From: Anthoceros angustus
Lineage: Eukaryota > Plantae > Anthocerotophyta
Direction: 5' to 3'
Assembly (NCBI GenBank): GCA_010909165.1
Contig: VJWM01000011.1
Span: 1,178,001 to 1,242,000, forward strand
DNA: 64,000 bases
Part shown: positions 12,815 through 25,182 of the stretch, piece after piece
Position numbering within the stretch: the first letter of the stretch is position 1
Layout: every line of letters begins with the position of its first letter
Program-made: the position numbers and the translations under genes
Notes under the pieces: model-generated
Seen by the model: only the letters and a program-made list of their open reading frames with translations
What the model was told of the DNA's origin: nothing
The model's database searches: none

Positions 12815-14990
12815 ATGAAGATAAGGGAATGGCTTCTTCTTCCGCTTTCAGTGTTGCTTCTGTTTTGCGAGGGAGGCGTGTGTTTCGAGTTCAGTCTGCA
12901 AGCTCCAAAACCGTTCACTAGAATTGCTTTTGGTTCCTGTGCGAATCAAAGCGTTGCTCAGGTTTGGCTTCTGCTTGGAGCATTTTTACCTATTATCTCG
13001 TTTGCTCGTGGGAGACTGAGAACGCTCACGAGTTGCTGGGATTACGGAGCAGTTACTGTTGTTGCTATGCATTGCAGCCAATTTGGACCGCGATTGTAGA
13101 GTATGATCCACAATTGTTCGTATGGCTTGGAGATAACATTTACGGAGACACGAAACTGCCCACTCAATTTATGGGGAAGAACAGTAACATTGGGCCATGG
13201 AAAAAGAAGTCTCGGTTCTTGCCCGTCTCAAGTGAGATGATGGAGTGGAAGTACAACAAGGCCAAGAACATCCCTGGCTATAAGGAATTAAGGGAGAAAG
13301 CTAAGGTAAATGTGGTGTACTCAACCCTTCTTGTTGGTGCTCGTTTCTAGCCTCCCATCCCTCTGGAAGAAAACCTTTGCCTGTGGAAAATCATGGAGTT
13401 GTTGCTCCGACAGATTATCGGAACGTGGGATGATCACGACTATGGCCTGAATGACGCTGGAAAGGAGTTTCACATGAAAGAGACTAGTCAAAAGAACATG
13501 CTTGACTTTCTGGATGAACCGAGGAATAGCCCAAGGTGATTCTGCGGGGTATGCCCGCATTTTTTCTACTGAATGTTACGGGTTAGCAGTTCTGTCGCTG
13601 ACTACGATGTTACTTTGCAGACGACGGCAGGAGGGTGTGTATGCCTCGTACACATTTGGGCCCGTTGGGAAGCAAATAAAGGTAGTACATGTGCTTCACC
13701 CCACTTGACAAGGTCGTGGATCATGTTTTTGTAGTGCTGGAGTAGGTGTCTGATTTCTGACTTGGTCACAAAGTTATTCTAAAGCAGTCTTTCAACTTAG
13801 GTTATTCTTCTGGACACCAGGTATCACAGGGATCCCTTGCGGAGCAATGGGGACATACTCGGTGAAGTTCAATGGAATTGGTTTGAGGCAGAATTAAGGA
13901 GCAGTAATGCACAAGTTAACTTGATAGCATCGTCGATCCAGGTAGTTCTCTGATTATCGTAGCTGATATCAGGTCAGTTTCAGTTTTCTGAAGTTTATAG
14001 TTCATGCTGCAGGTGTTATCCAACTTCTCAGCCACAATTCAGCCTTTTTTCCATGTAGAATCTTGGGGTAACTTCCCAGATGAGCGCACACGTCTTTTGA
14101 AGCTGATTGCTGACACCAACGTAAGTTACTTTGTTGAATGTACTGTAGTGTCTCGAACATAAAGGAGGAAAGTCCAGTGAAATTGAGAGGAAGCGTGGAT
14201 GTTTGATTCTGACTTGTTCGTTCATGCAGGTCAGTGGAATCATCTTCATCAGCGGCGACGTACATTTTGGCGAAATCAATCGGTTTGACTGTGCCACTAG
14301 CTATCCTCTGTATGACATCACTTCAAGTGGATTAACGCAAGCAGTAGAGAACAATGTTCCATCGTTTGTGGCATTTCTGTTACGGTTTTCAGCCTGGGTG
14401 ATGCCAAATACGATGAGAGTGTACAACAGCGAATGCAAGTACCGATCGTGTGTTTACGGTATGAGCTCCCTCTGCTTGCCGGCTCCTACTACAGGATTCA
14501 TTTGTCTGGATAGCTTGTTCCAGTAGTTCACTGATTGATGTGACTCAACGATTTCTGGAACTGTAGGGAGGCAGAACTTCGGGACTCTGGATTTTGAATG
14601 GGATTCAGATCCAGTGATCATCAAAGTTGAAGTTAGGGATGTCAATGGCAAGCCTGTGCTTACGAAGAGGATTCCTCTCTCGCAACTACAAGCCCAACAG
14701 TTCGGGAGAAGACCATTACGGTCCAAGGGAGTTCATCGACATTGCACACTTGAGACTGATCTACCCTGGGATAAGAAATATTTTATGGCTATTCTCTGCT
14801 TCGGACTTCTCTCTGGTATTTTCTCCTTGTCAGAAGACCAGAGCAGCTCGAGTTCCTGTTCTTAACAATGCTGCATTTCTCACTGTGCCGAACTTGCGCA
14901 GTGGTGTTCGTGTTGCAGTTGCTGGCGGCCTACTATTGCTGCGCAGTCAAACTGAGGAAACGATTCTTTGTCAAGGAAAAGCGCAACTGA
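12815..14990 (+). CDS. PhoD-like alkaline phosphatase D (signal peptide, C-terminal TM), multi-exon
   Basis: [38 protein letters not shown]. The last exon is predicted as [29 protein letters not shown]. Confidence 0.88.
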
Positions 14991-15085
14991 TGCGATATGG
15001 AATGTTCAATATGATTCAACACATTTGTTGATAATTATACACCGTATCCGGTGCAATTCTGTACAGAGTTTTGCCCCTATCGAGC

Positions 15086-16852
15086 TCAATTTGAAGGTAA
15101 GAAATTGTTAGTGAACAAGTTTGTTGCAACCAATGAAGCCCTTGGCATTTGTGTCCCTGCATTCCCTTCTCTAAGCTCCTCGAGAGAGACACTCTCTCCA
15201 GGCACAGGACTTCTGGACTGAATCCGGTCAGTGAGAAGACCTTCTGTTGCAAGCCAATCTAGATACTTCTCCCACCTAGGCGCAGACATTATTCCCCACT
15301 TCCCACCTGCACTTTCCACAAAACGAAGATCCGTTATAAGGCAAAGTCGCAAACAAACCAGGATAGTAACATAGTTGCCCCTGTTGGAATACCTCCTTCA
15401 GCTGAATCTAAAAAATGCTTTGACAGTAGTCGCGACGACTCCAAAACCACTGCTGGATCTAGAGGCTGGAGTAGATCTGGATTCTCAGCATTTGCAGATT
15501 CCTGGAGCGAACAGGAGACAGTCAAGCCAAGCACACACTCAACTCACAATTCCTTTTCAACTTTCAACTATCTTTGTCCTATAGGTATGGTGAGAGGTTG
15601 CTCACAAGCAGCAAGGCAGCTGCCTGGTCAGGATGCAAAGCGGCATACTCAAAGCCTGCTGCAGAGTCCTTAAGGAACCGCCTGACCAAATCTGGAGAAT
15701 TGCTGAACCAAAGCAAGAGACAAATGTAAGACTTGAAGCATACAAGGTGCTTAGAAGATGTGAGAAGGTTCAGTATATACCGCAAGGTGTCAGGATGCGC
15801 TAGAACCACAGGAGTGTATCCATAGGGAATGCTGCATCCGAGAACCAAGAACCAAGTGTCAGAAGTTGCATTGCCGAGAAACCATCAGCAGTTAAAAACT
15901 TCTCCGGACTTTCTTCGATTTGAAGAGAAGTTCCTGCTGCATACCCGTAATCAGCGAGAGTGAACTCGTTCAGCTCAACATGCTTCAACTCAGCTTCGAC
16001 TCCCTCCCAGCCTTTGAAGATCCAAGTTGCATCAGCGTCCCCCGCAAGCAGAGTGTTCCAAATGCCAAGCTTGGCTGGCGTGGACTCTACAAAATCCCCC
16101 TTCCCGCTATCCGCCTGGATGAGCCGCTGCACAATCCGGCCCTCGAACCGGGCACCATAGGATGCATAGATCTTCCCGTCCAGATCCTTGGGCCGGCTGA
16201 GGCCACTGCTCTTCAGCGTAACTGCGGCGGCACAAGCATGTAACTTCCATCAAGTGCTCCGCTCAACTCCCGTGCTCCACAAAACCGAGGAGGAAAGAAG
16301 GAAACCACAAAACCGACCAATTGCACTTAGATCCTCCTGCACGCAAGCCGCGACTGCCACCAGCTTCGCCCGATCGTCACGGAACGGCGGCAGATGGTAG
16401 CTGACAACAGTTTCCGACGGGGCCAGAGCGAACGCTGAATCACATCCCCACCATCGCCAGCACCAGACGAAGAAGCAGCATACAGTAAGACAGATGCGCA
16501 GCTAGAAGGTCCCGAATCCAGGACAGCAGCAGCAGGGACACACACAGCAGAGGCAGCAGCAAACAAGCCACCACAAGCGGCTCGTGCGCGGAGCGGAAAC
16601 GGGAAAGCTCTTGCTCCCAGCCATGCTTGCACAAACAATTGGCCTTGCCAGACAAGGGAAAGGATGTGGAAGCGTACTGGCAGCCTTGGATGCAACCTTG
16701 GAGGCAGGGGTGACGGAGTAGTTGTCGAGGTGCGGGCTCACAAGCTCCACGATCAGGCCGCTTTTGTCGTAGAAGCCGAGTTGCTTGGCCACATAGAATC
16801 CGATATGGTTGGTGTTGGGAGTCCAGTCCAGCGCCAGCGACACGGTTGCCAT
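15086..16852 (-). CDS. NMT1/THI5-family periplasmic-binding-fold protein (bacterial ABC substrate-binding type), multi-exon
   Basis: [61 protein letters not shown]...DATWIF..WEG, PYGYTPV, WG.M...RW. Spliceosomal introns lie between these blocks. Confidence 0.85.
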
Positions 16853-18144
16853 CCCGGCACTCTCACTTTCACTCCCAGTTCGCACACTGCAACTGCAGCT
16901 GCAGCTGCACCATCTCCAGTTCCACCTCTCAGCCTTGTGTACCAACAAACGTCAGCGGCAGCTTAGCAGCTTTTGTCACGACTCGCCCACTGCCGTAATC
17001 CACAACGGGACTGACCAGACGCTTTATCCGCCGTTCAGGCACCAGATGTCTGGGACACAGTGGACCAAATACTCACTCTCGCAGTTCAGATGTACAGGCT
17101 GACAACTGTTCCATCGCCCTAAAAAACTGTCCGAAACAGGTCGTACGCGTATCGTATTATCGTATTACTTATCGTATTATTCGCATCTCGCCTCCAGAGA
17201 AATCAGCCACCCGGCAACCATAGGCGTCCCACATGAGAACAGTTCCTCCGACCTGACGATAAAACCAGCCCGCTTCCCCTGCAGGAGCCCCCGTCTTCGA
17301 CGAAGGCCACATTGCCATTTCAACTCTTCAGACATATTGCCATCTCTGCTTTCCTTGCACAACACGCCAGATATAACCCTCAAACGTTCCCATTCGCTGA
17401 CACTGCATTTTAGCAACTTGCGAGAGCGTGCTTAGCAGAGAGGATTGATCACTTCGCTGATGACGGTGCTAGCATCATGTTCAGCCTCTTATTTCAATTC
17501 GGTAGCTGGCAGTTGCTCCTGGTGGATTATCGCATCTTAAGGCTAATGTTTCATCAGCATTCACCGGGCTAACACGAGTACAGATCTCAACTGGGTGACT
17601 AAGGTGGCTCCGTCTCCAGCCATTCCTTGAAACCCGGAGAGCTCCAGCGGCCAAAGCCTCCTCACCATCTGAGTGTCGTTGCTAGGGGCTTCCAATTTGT
17701 TTGCAGTCAGGTCGCGAGCAGAGTCTCAAAACCCGTCACCAATCTGGGCTAAAAAGGAGAGGTGAGGTGGCAGAGTGTGGCAGTTTGACGGGGCTTAAAC
17801 TTGCTGTATGCTTGCCATCTGCTGCAGCATGCTGGCCAGCCGAGATGACATGCTGATCAGCTGGCAATTGACAAAGCAACTTGACTTTGTTGGGATACTA
17901 CCGAGCCTGCGAGGTGGGAAGACAAGAACCTGTAGGGGCCTTCACAATCTAATCTTCAAAGCCAGCATGTGTAATGTCCCAGCACTTTTGGTCTTACATT
18001 AATAACGAGAGGACAAATTCTTACACATCAGGGATCATTGTTTCTGGATGCCCCCGCAATTCTCCCTTGTCAGTTTCTGCTCGTCTCTTCTTAGCGTCTA
18101 ATTTCTCGTTTGTAGAGAAGACAAACCACGCGGCAGAGCTACTT

Positions 18145-19057
18145 CTATGATGCTGGAGCAGGGGACAGAACATTCCCGATGATACACTCACAAATTTCAA
18201 GAGCTTGAAGGGGATCGATCTCCTTCAGACTTCGAAATCTGTCACACACTAGTAGCTTTTGCAGGTTACGATTGCCGATAGCCAGCCCTTTCGCAGATAG
18301 TTTCTTGACCACAGCACCTTTTACTTCTGTCAAATCGTACTTCAGCGCAAGCTGCAAGAGACACACGACGTTGTCGAGCTCTCTGCCCGTATAAGGTGCG
18401 GTCGGTATTCTGTTGTCCAGAATATATGTGATGCAGACTTGTCGAAGGCCTTCGATGTCATACTTGATGGCAGCCTCCAGCAGCGGTTGCACCTTTCGCG
18501 CCAGAAAATCCACTTTGACATCAGCTTTGTAAATGAAGGTGACAAGCGCCTGCAGCACGTCAGAGGAGATGTCCGCAATCTCAACCAAGCCGGTTTCCTT
18601 TTCCTTCATATCGCTGTTGAAGAGCATAGCCTTGAATACCGGGGACTTGCTTGCCTGTGAGTGCCAATGCAAGTGCAAGTGCTTAGAGGAGGAACTTGGA
18701 TCTCCACGTTTCCAGCTTCAGATCTGCCCAGAACTGAAACGAACTCGAACAGCTTACCAGAACGCAACGATGAGCTCCGAGTGGAGCAGACATTCCATCA
18801 GTCGTCTTCAACCATATGTCTGCTACGGGAGCAACAAACATGTCCTTATCCCAAGCTTTGAGAAAGGTGGAAGTCCTCTGGACCCTGTGCAATTCAGCCG
18901 TAACTCTCCTCAGTTCCATCATGGCTTTCCTGAGTTCAGTCTCTACGGTGCTCGAAGAGTAGAGACCGGCGTAGAGCGCCATGATGAGATGACTTATCGT
19001 ACAGGTCTCACACAAGGCCCACGATGCCTTCGAAGTTGGCCGTATCAAGAATCCCAA
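18145..19057 (-). CDS. BTB/POZ protein with N-terminal Cys motif and coiled coil (resembles the At3g56230 type); start codon unresolved
   Basis: ADIWLKTTDG...AHRCVL|intron|ASKSPVFKAML...VEIADISSDVLQALVTFIY...LLEAAIKYDIEGLRQVC. Confidence 0.85.
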
Positions 19058-19075
19058 GCAGGGTAATGACAGAGA

Positions 19076-19531
19076 TCAAATTGACAGGACCCCTAGTACA
19101 TACACACAGAAATCAGCAGCCTGATCCTCATGGGCTCCAGTCACCAGGACTGAAAATTGCACTGAAAAAAATATCGCCTGGCCAGCAATACCCGGTAACC
19201 GTGTGTTTATGGAAAAAACCTTAATGCACTCTGGTGGAAGGGCTTTCAGGTCATATTTCACGGCAGCCTCTGCCAGCGGTTTGACATTACCTTTGCGAAG
19301 AAGGGTGATGAGCGCCTGGAGAACAAGGGTAGATTTAGCCTGGATGCTCTGCAGTTCCGCCTTAATGCTCTGCAGTTCAGGATGACTTGGAGGCTCCTTG
19401 GGAGGAGAGAACGTCTTCTGACACCTCGCACAGGACAGGGTCAAGCTGCAGCCGGGACAAATCCATTCAGCCTCTGGATCCGGGGAACGCCAGAACGTCT
19501 TGGAACACTTCGAACAGCGTTCGTGTGTCAT
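19076..19531 (-). pseudogene. Internally deleted BTB-family paralog (CxxC motifs, coiled coil, AAVKYDL)
   Basis: CSKC...CPGC...CARC, ELQSIKAELQSIQ, then jumps to VLQALITL...LAEAAVKYDLKAL without the BTB core. Confidence 0.55.
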
Positions 19532-20750
19532 AGCGATCGGGACAACAAGCCGGAAGGGCTCTTCAGGAGGTAGAACTCGTCATCCAGTGCGGTTGCAAGG
19601 GGCTTCCAATTTGTTTTAATTAGGACGCTCAAACACGTAGCCAATCCGGGGTACCCAATCAAAGGTGGCAGTGTGCTGCAGTCGACTGGCTTAACCTTGT
19701 TGCATGCTTGCCATGTGCTGGAACCTGCTGGCCAGCCGAGATGCCCAGGTGATCGGCTGGCAATACGAAGTAGCTCAGCTTGAAATAGGTTCAGTTAATT
19801 ATTGGTTTACCATGGCGCCTGCGATGTGGCAAGACATAACTCTGTATACAGAACCGTTCTCGCTAAAAAAAATCGCCTTTGAACACTCTATCATCTTCAG
19901 AACTAGCATATCCTGGGTGGTTCTTGAAATTTTTCCTGGGTACACCAAGAGGGTGCTTGTATCCAGACCCTGGCGGGGAAGATCTTGAACATTTTCGCCA
20001 ATCAGAAAATGTCCCCGCACTTTTGGTAGTGAGCTGGTCTTGTATTACCGAGGAGAACAGTTGTAACACATGAGGGGTCATTGGTTCTTCCCCGCACTTT
20101 CCCCATCCTCTGTCTGTTCTGCTTTCATGAGCCTTGAGCAGGGAACCGGAGTAAAAATTGTATGCACAACCCACAGCCCTATTACGAAAACTTGTCACAG
20201 GGTCCTGTTCAGGTTGCTGGAGGCAAGCTTGGGGGCAATTTGCTGCAGCCTGCTGGCCAGCCCAGATGCCATGGTGACCAGCTGGAAACCTAGAGTAGCC
20301 TTCGCCAATCAGAAACATGTCCAGCACTTTTGTCGTGATCTGGTCTCGTATTATCGAGAAGAGCAGTGTTACACACCAGGGATCATTGCTTCTAGATGTC
20401 CCTGCACTTTCCTTTATCTGTTCAGAATCTTCACATTAACGTCTGCTTTCTGTTTTGTAGACGCAAGTGACCTTGAATGGAAAATCCAGGCGACAGAGCT
20501 TCTTTCATGATGCTTGAGCAGGGAACTGGAATAAGAACCGTATGAACAAATGTACAATTTACAGACAATTGCGAAAACGTTTCACAGATCCTTCTATCGA
20601 CTCTGTTTCTGGGACCGGGCATCACCGATGATACACTCACAAATTGTCACTCACGAATAGCCTTGGATGCCGCGAAAGGTGAGTTGAAAGCTCGTGACTC
20701 ATGATGTTTTTCATTGGCGTTCCGTTGTTGTGATCTCTTTAAAGTCTATC

Positions 20751-20993
20751 CTATCTTTGACCAGGTGTGGAGTACTTGCACAACGGGTGCAATCCAGCAG
20801 CCATCGTCCACTTGCACTTGATCGCCTTGCGCCCTGGTGGGAGTGGGGTTAGTACCCAGGTCCTCAATTGAATGAGTGAGTCGCATTCTTGTTGGATTGC
20901 TTGCATCCATCCTTGCTTATCAGGTGATGTGAGCGCTTCCTCTAGGCTTGCTGGCTCAAGTACGTGAGTAGCAGCCAGCATCGCTCTTGCCAT
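20751..20993 (-). mobile_element. Ty1/Copia pol fragment (start of RT)
   Basis: EPASLEEAL...WMQAIQQECDSL..LRTWVLTPLPPGRKAIKCKW, then truncated. Confidence 0.8.
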
Positions 20994-21003
20994 GAGGGTG
21001 TCT

Positions 21004-21777
21004 TGTTAGAAATCTATAGGATTGGTGCAACACATCACATATTAGAGTTATGAGAATAAGTCCTAGAAGTATATAGGACAATGAGAATAAGTCCTAGAAG
21101 TATATAGGACAATCCCAAGAGCGAGATAGGGTTTCATACTATTGAGAATATGACAAGGCCAAAGGCTATATATATGTATGCATAGCACACCATTTTTTTA
21201 GTACTGAACTTGAGACTTACTGTTTTCTAACATGGTATCAGAGCATGGTTCAGGAGATGCGTAAAGTACTCCAAACCACCCTGTGTGGGATTGTTGCCAC
21301 TTGTCTTCTATTGAATTGTTTGTAGTTATGCAGACGAAGTGTCTGTGAAAGCTCGTTTGCAATTTCGTGAAGCTTGGTAGTAGTTTGTGCGAGGAACTTT
21401 TGTCTTGTCTTTGCATGGCTTCCAGAGGTGTGCATATGGAGACTACGCGTCAAGTGGAGAACTTTGATGGCAAGAACTTCACACTATGGAAGTTGAAGCT
21501 AAAATCTCTTCTCATTCACAAAGGATTGTGGAAGTTTGTGGAAAATGGACTTCCAGATGGCGCTTCTGAAAAGAATATAGACAAGAATGCGAAAGCCTTG
21601 GCTAATATTATCCTGAATGTGTCAGATGACGTTCTTTCACAATTGAGCGAGTGTGTCTCTTCGCAGGATGCATGGAAAATTCTTTGCACAACGTACGAGA
21701 AGAAGAGCATTGTGAGCGAAATGCTGCTGGAAAGTCAATTCTCCAACTTCAAGATGGCTGAGAAGTTGCTTGTATAG
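21004..21777 (+). mobile_element. Copia 5' end: LTR 21004-21232 (TG...CA), tRNA-iMet PBS 21233-21244, truncated gag from 21436
   Basis: tgttag...ctaaca followed by TGGTATCAGAGC; gag motif ENFDGKNFTLWKLKLKSLL...KGLW...AWKIL. Confidence 0.9.
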
Positions 21778-23041
21778 AAAGCATAATGTAGAAAATGTAG
21801 TATCTACTACTATCGATTCTTCATGGTGAATACATTCATTTTATAAATTATACATACATATTTGTAATCTACAAGAATATATATGGATTACCTTCATACA
21901 TATCAGCTCAGAAAACTCAGTGGGAGCACCCTCGATGACTTTCCTTGGTGACTTTGCTTAGCTTCATCTTCTCCGTTTTCGAGAGGTCGGACAAACTGCG
22001 TGACAAGGATGACATTGTCACAATAGACATGGACACTACAGCTGCTTGGTAAGACGAATTCCTGGCAGCCCATCATCGTCTTTCGCTGCAATGCCGGAAT
22101 CGAGCGTGACATGCCGCGAATTGAACTTGCCTCGCTTCGGTGACAAATGTTGTGCTTCAATCCGGGGTGGGAGATTTGGCATTGGTCACACCCTCCTTCC
22201 GAATGGTATGGGGAGGGAGCGTGATCACACGCACCATATATGATCTTACTAATCTTGAGAGCTAAGGAAGATCTGGGAAGGCTGGCCAACAGCGTAGGCG
22301 CTTGTGTGTGACAAGCCAGAGTGAGAAATGTCGGAAGATGCCTCATGAGCTGGGTCCACTGCCACCACCAGGGTACAAGTGTGGATTGCAGCCCCCACCC
22401 GCTCAACGAGAGAGCTTTGTTAGAGATGTGCAAGCACAGGCGTTTGGATTCATGGAAGCCACAAGTTTACTATCAATCGAGGAGCATTCGGAGAGGACTC
22501 TGCAGCCCACAATGCCCTTTTCAAGATTGCACCTGCTCCGTCATGTTCGCTTGAAGTGGAAAGTTGTTAATCTTATGTACGCTCGTTGTTGTTCGGTTTT
22601 ATTGGAAACATGACATGGCTATTCGGACATAGTAGACGACGCAGTGATGGATAGACATTATGCTAAGATGCACAGACTTACATTATAGGTGTTGCAGCCG
22701 ACGCAAGCTTATTTGTCCTTTTGATGAGGAGCTCATGATGAGCATCAACCACAAAGAAATCGGTTGAAGGATCAACTTCGTAAACAAGTTTGTTGTTGAC
22801 GTGGGACCTTTTCAGATAATTGTATCCATCTAAATGTTTGAAACTACATAGAAGTTCTAGCATTTTGAACTATTATGCATTAAATAAAAAATAAACATTG
22901 AAACCATAAAGAAAGCATAGGAGTTGATGTTGAATGAACTTAATGTATGATCCACATAAAAAAATGGTACCATAGTTTTCGGGTTGATTAGATGCAAAAT
23001 TTTCGCCCAAAGTTGATCAATCATTTTATGCATTTTCAACA

Positions 23042-23330
23042 CAGAATTTGTGCGAACCTCCGAACTGTCAGAATCCACACATAAACCCTAAAGGGCTGGA
23101 TCCCGTGCATTTTTCATGCAGAATTTATGTGAACCTTCAAACTGTCACAATCCACATGGAAACCCTTGGGAGCGCGATCTTATGTGTTTTCAATATAGAA
23201 TTCGTGTGAATTTCCAAATTTGTCAGAATCCATATAAAAACTCTAAGGGGTGGGATCTTGTATATTTTCGACGCAGAATTCGTACGAATTTCCAAACTTC
23301 CAAAATCCACATGGAAACATTAGAACCCGA
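23042..23330. repeat. Degenerate ~77-bp tandem repeat, about 4 units
   Basis: Units begin (c/t)agaatt at 23042, 23119, 23196 and 23274 and share ...aatccaca...aaac...ggatc. Confidence 0.7.
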
Positions 23331-24497
23331 ATTTCAAGATTGATAGAACATAGAATCTGCACGTACCTCCGAAGTCAAGGATCCCCTCCATAGAATCTTG
23401 GGGAGGGTAAAATTTGTGATGGCGAGCAATATATGTTCCCTTGTGGGGGCTGCTCAGGAGCTGAGGAGCACGACTTAGAACGCAGAGCAGGGAGTTACCC
23501 GCCCACGAGAGCAGGGTTCAAGATGTAACAACTCAGAAACACATGCATCCTGAAGCAACGGAGCCTGCAACAAATGGCAGCGTCCCGATCAAAAGTCTAG
23601 ATTCTCCGGTGCAGAGGTTCCCGTGGGTGTGCACAGACAAGAGCATACACGACAAGTACTAGTCTGCTCCAAAGCCTATTACCATCGTGCTCGTCCAATT
23701 GCTACACATTTGGGACCTAATTGCAATGGGAGAGCATGATGGCAATAGTCGAGCAGATTTTGTGTATGTATAACCACCTGTCTGTGAACACCTGCATGAA
23801 AACTATACACCACCCAAAAGGGTGGCCAACCATGAGAACCTCCTTGACCCGAGGATTCAGACTTTCAACCGGGACGCTCAACAGTTTGGACAACGCTGCC
23901 CTCCGGTTGCTTCGGGTGTCTTCTGAATTGTTACCATCTTCTACAGCCTGCTCGGGTGGGCACGCAACTACCTGCTTTGCGCTCTCAGTCCAGCTCTTTA
24001 GTCCCATGGAGGAGTCCCAATAGGGAAACAGCCACTGCTTGCATCACAATAAACAGGCTAGGCGGGCCGAGTATAGCGACGCACGCGGGCTGCATTCTGG
24101 ATGTATAAGGTCCAGGTGGCCATGGGCGAGGTCTACTGGAGCACCTTGACCTTGGTTCCGCCCGTCCTGTACGTACTGCTCCTCGCTCAGCTTGAATTCT
24201 TCCTCATGAGCCAGATGAGGATGATATGGAGATTTGCGCCCCAATCCAGCTGGGTATCAGTCTCGATCATATCACATCGCATCACAGTCTTGTCCAGCAT
24301 CCCCCTAGGTTTCATTGCTAGATTTCACCAAACAAACTCCCAAATCTACCTAAGACCTAAGGTTGAAAACCAAGGATGATTCAAGGACAGGATGGACAAA
24401 CAAAAAAAAGCGCACACAAGGCGCACAGTGGACAAAACGCTCAGACGCATGGAGCAAATGAGGAGGATATAGAAGGACTCTCATATGATATAGAAGG

Positions 24498-24715
24498 TGT
24501 TAGAAAACAATAAGTCCCAGTTCATTAAAAATGGTGTGCTATGCATACATATATAGCCCTTGGCCTTGTCATACTCTCGATAGTATGAACCCTATGTTGA
24601 TCCTGGGATTGTCCTATATATTTCTAAGACTTATTCCCATAACTCTAATATGGGATGTGTTGCACCAATCCTATAGATTTCTAATACTCCCACTCAATAC
24701 TCCCACTTCCTTAAT
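24498..24715 (-). mobile_element. Second copy of the same Copia LTR (24498-24686, inverted) with adjacent polypurine tract
   Basis: Reverse complement of the 21004-21232 LTR. On the minus strand it is preceded by GGAAGTGGGAGTATTGAGTGGGAG. Confidence 0.85.
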
Positions 24716-25182
24716 GTGGCTTCCATGAATCCAAACGCCTGTGCTTGCACATCTCTAACAAAGCTCTCTCGTTGAGCGGGTGGGGGCTGCAATCCACACT
24801 TGTACCCTGGTGGCGGTAGTGGACCCAGCTCATGAGGCATCTTCCGACATTTCTCACTCTGGCTTGTCACACACAAGCGCCTACGCTGTTGGCCAGCCTT
24901 CCCAGATCTTCCTTAGCTCTCAAGATTGGTAAAATCATGTATGGTGCGTGTGATCACGTTCCCTCCCCATACCATTTGGAAGGAGGGTGTGACCAATGCC
25001 AAATCTCCCACCCCGGATTGAAGCACAACATTTGTCAGCTGTAAGCAGAGGCAAGTTCAATTCTTCACGGGCATGTCACCGTTCAGATATAAGTAAGGGG
25101 ACGAGGAAGGCAACTTCCTTTGACTTCGAAATTATCAATTAGTGCATGTAGGATTATATGTGGGTAGGCTAGACATGATAAA

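Larger units (their letters stand above)
22105..25080. repeat. Inverted duplication of a ~360-bp segment (22105-22462 vs 24716-25080)
   Basis: The same peptides appear on opposite strands in the ORF track (SQSEKCRKMPHELGPL...FGFMEAT); the nucleotide reverse complements match closely. Confidence 0.92.

Noticed and set aside
15086-16852. Functional THI5 HMP-P synthase
   Set aside because: The PLP-binding Lys, the His and the Cys cluster are not seen at the equivalent positions, so only the family-level call is kept.
22046-22243. Amidotransferase-like GIGHT motif in segment X
   Set aside because: A five-residue match only; the flanking residues do not fit.
21004-24686. One intact Copia element bounded by the two LTRs
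   Set aside because: The LTRs are in opposite orientation, share no TSD, and there is no pol between them.
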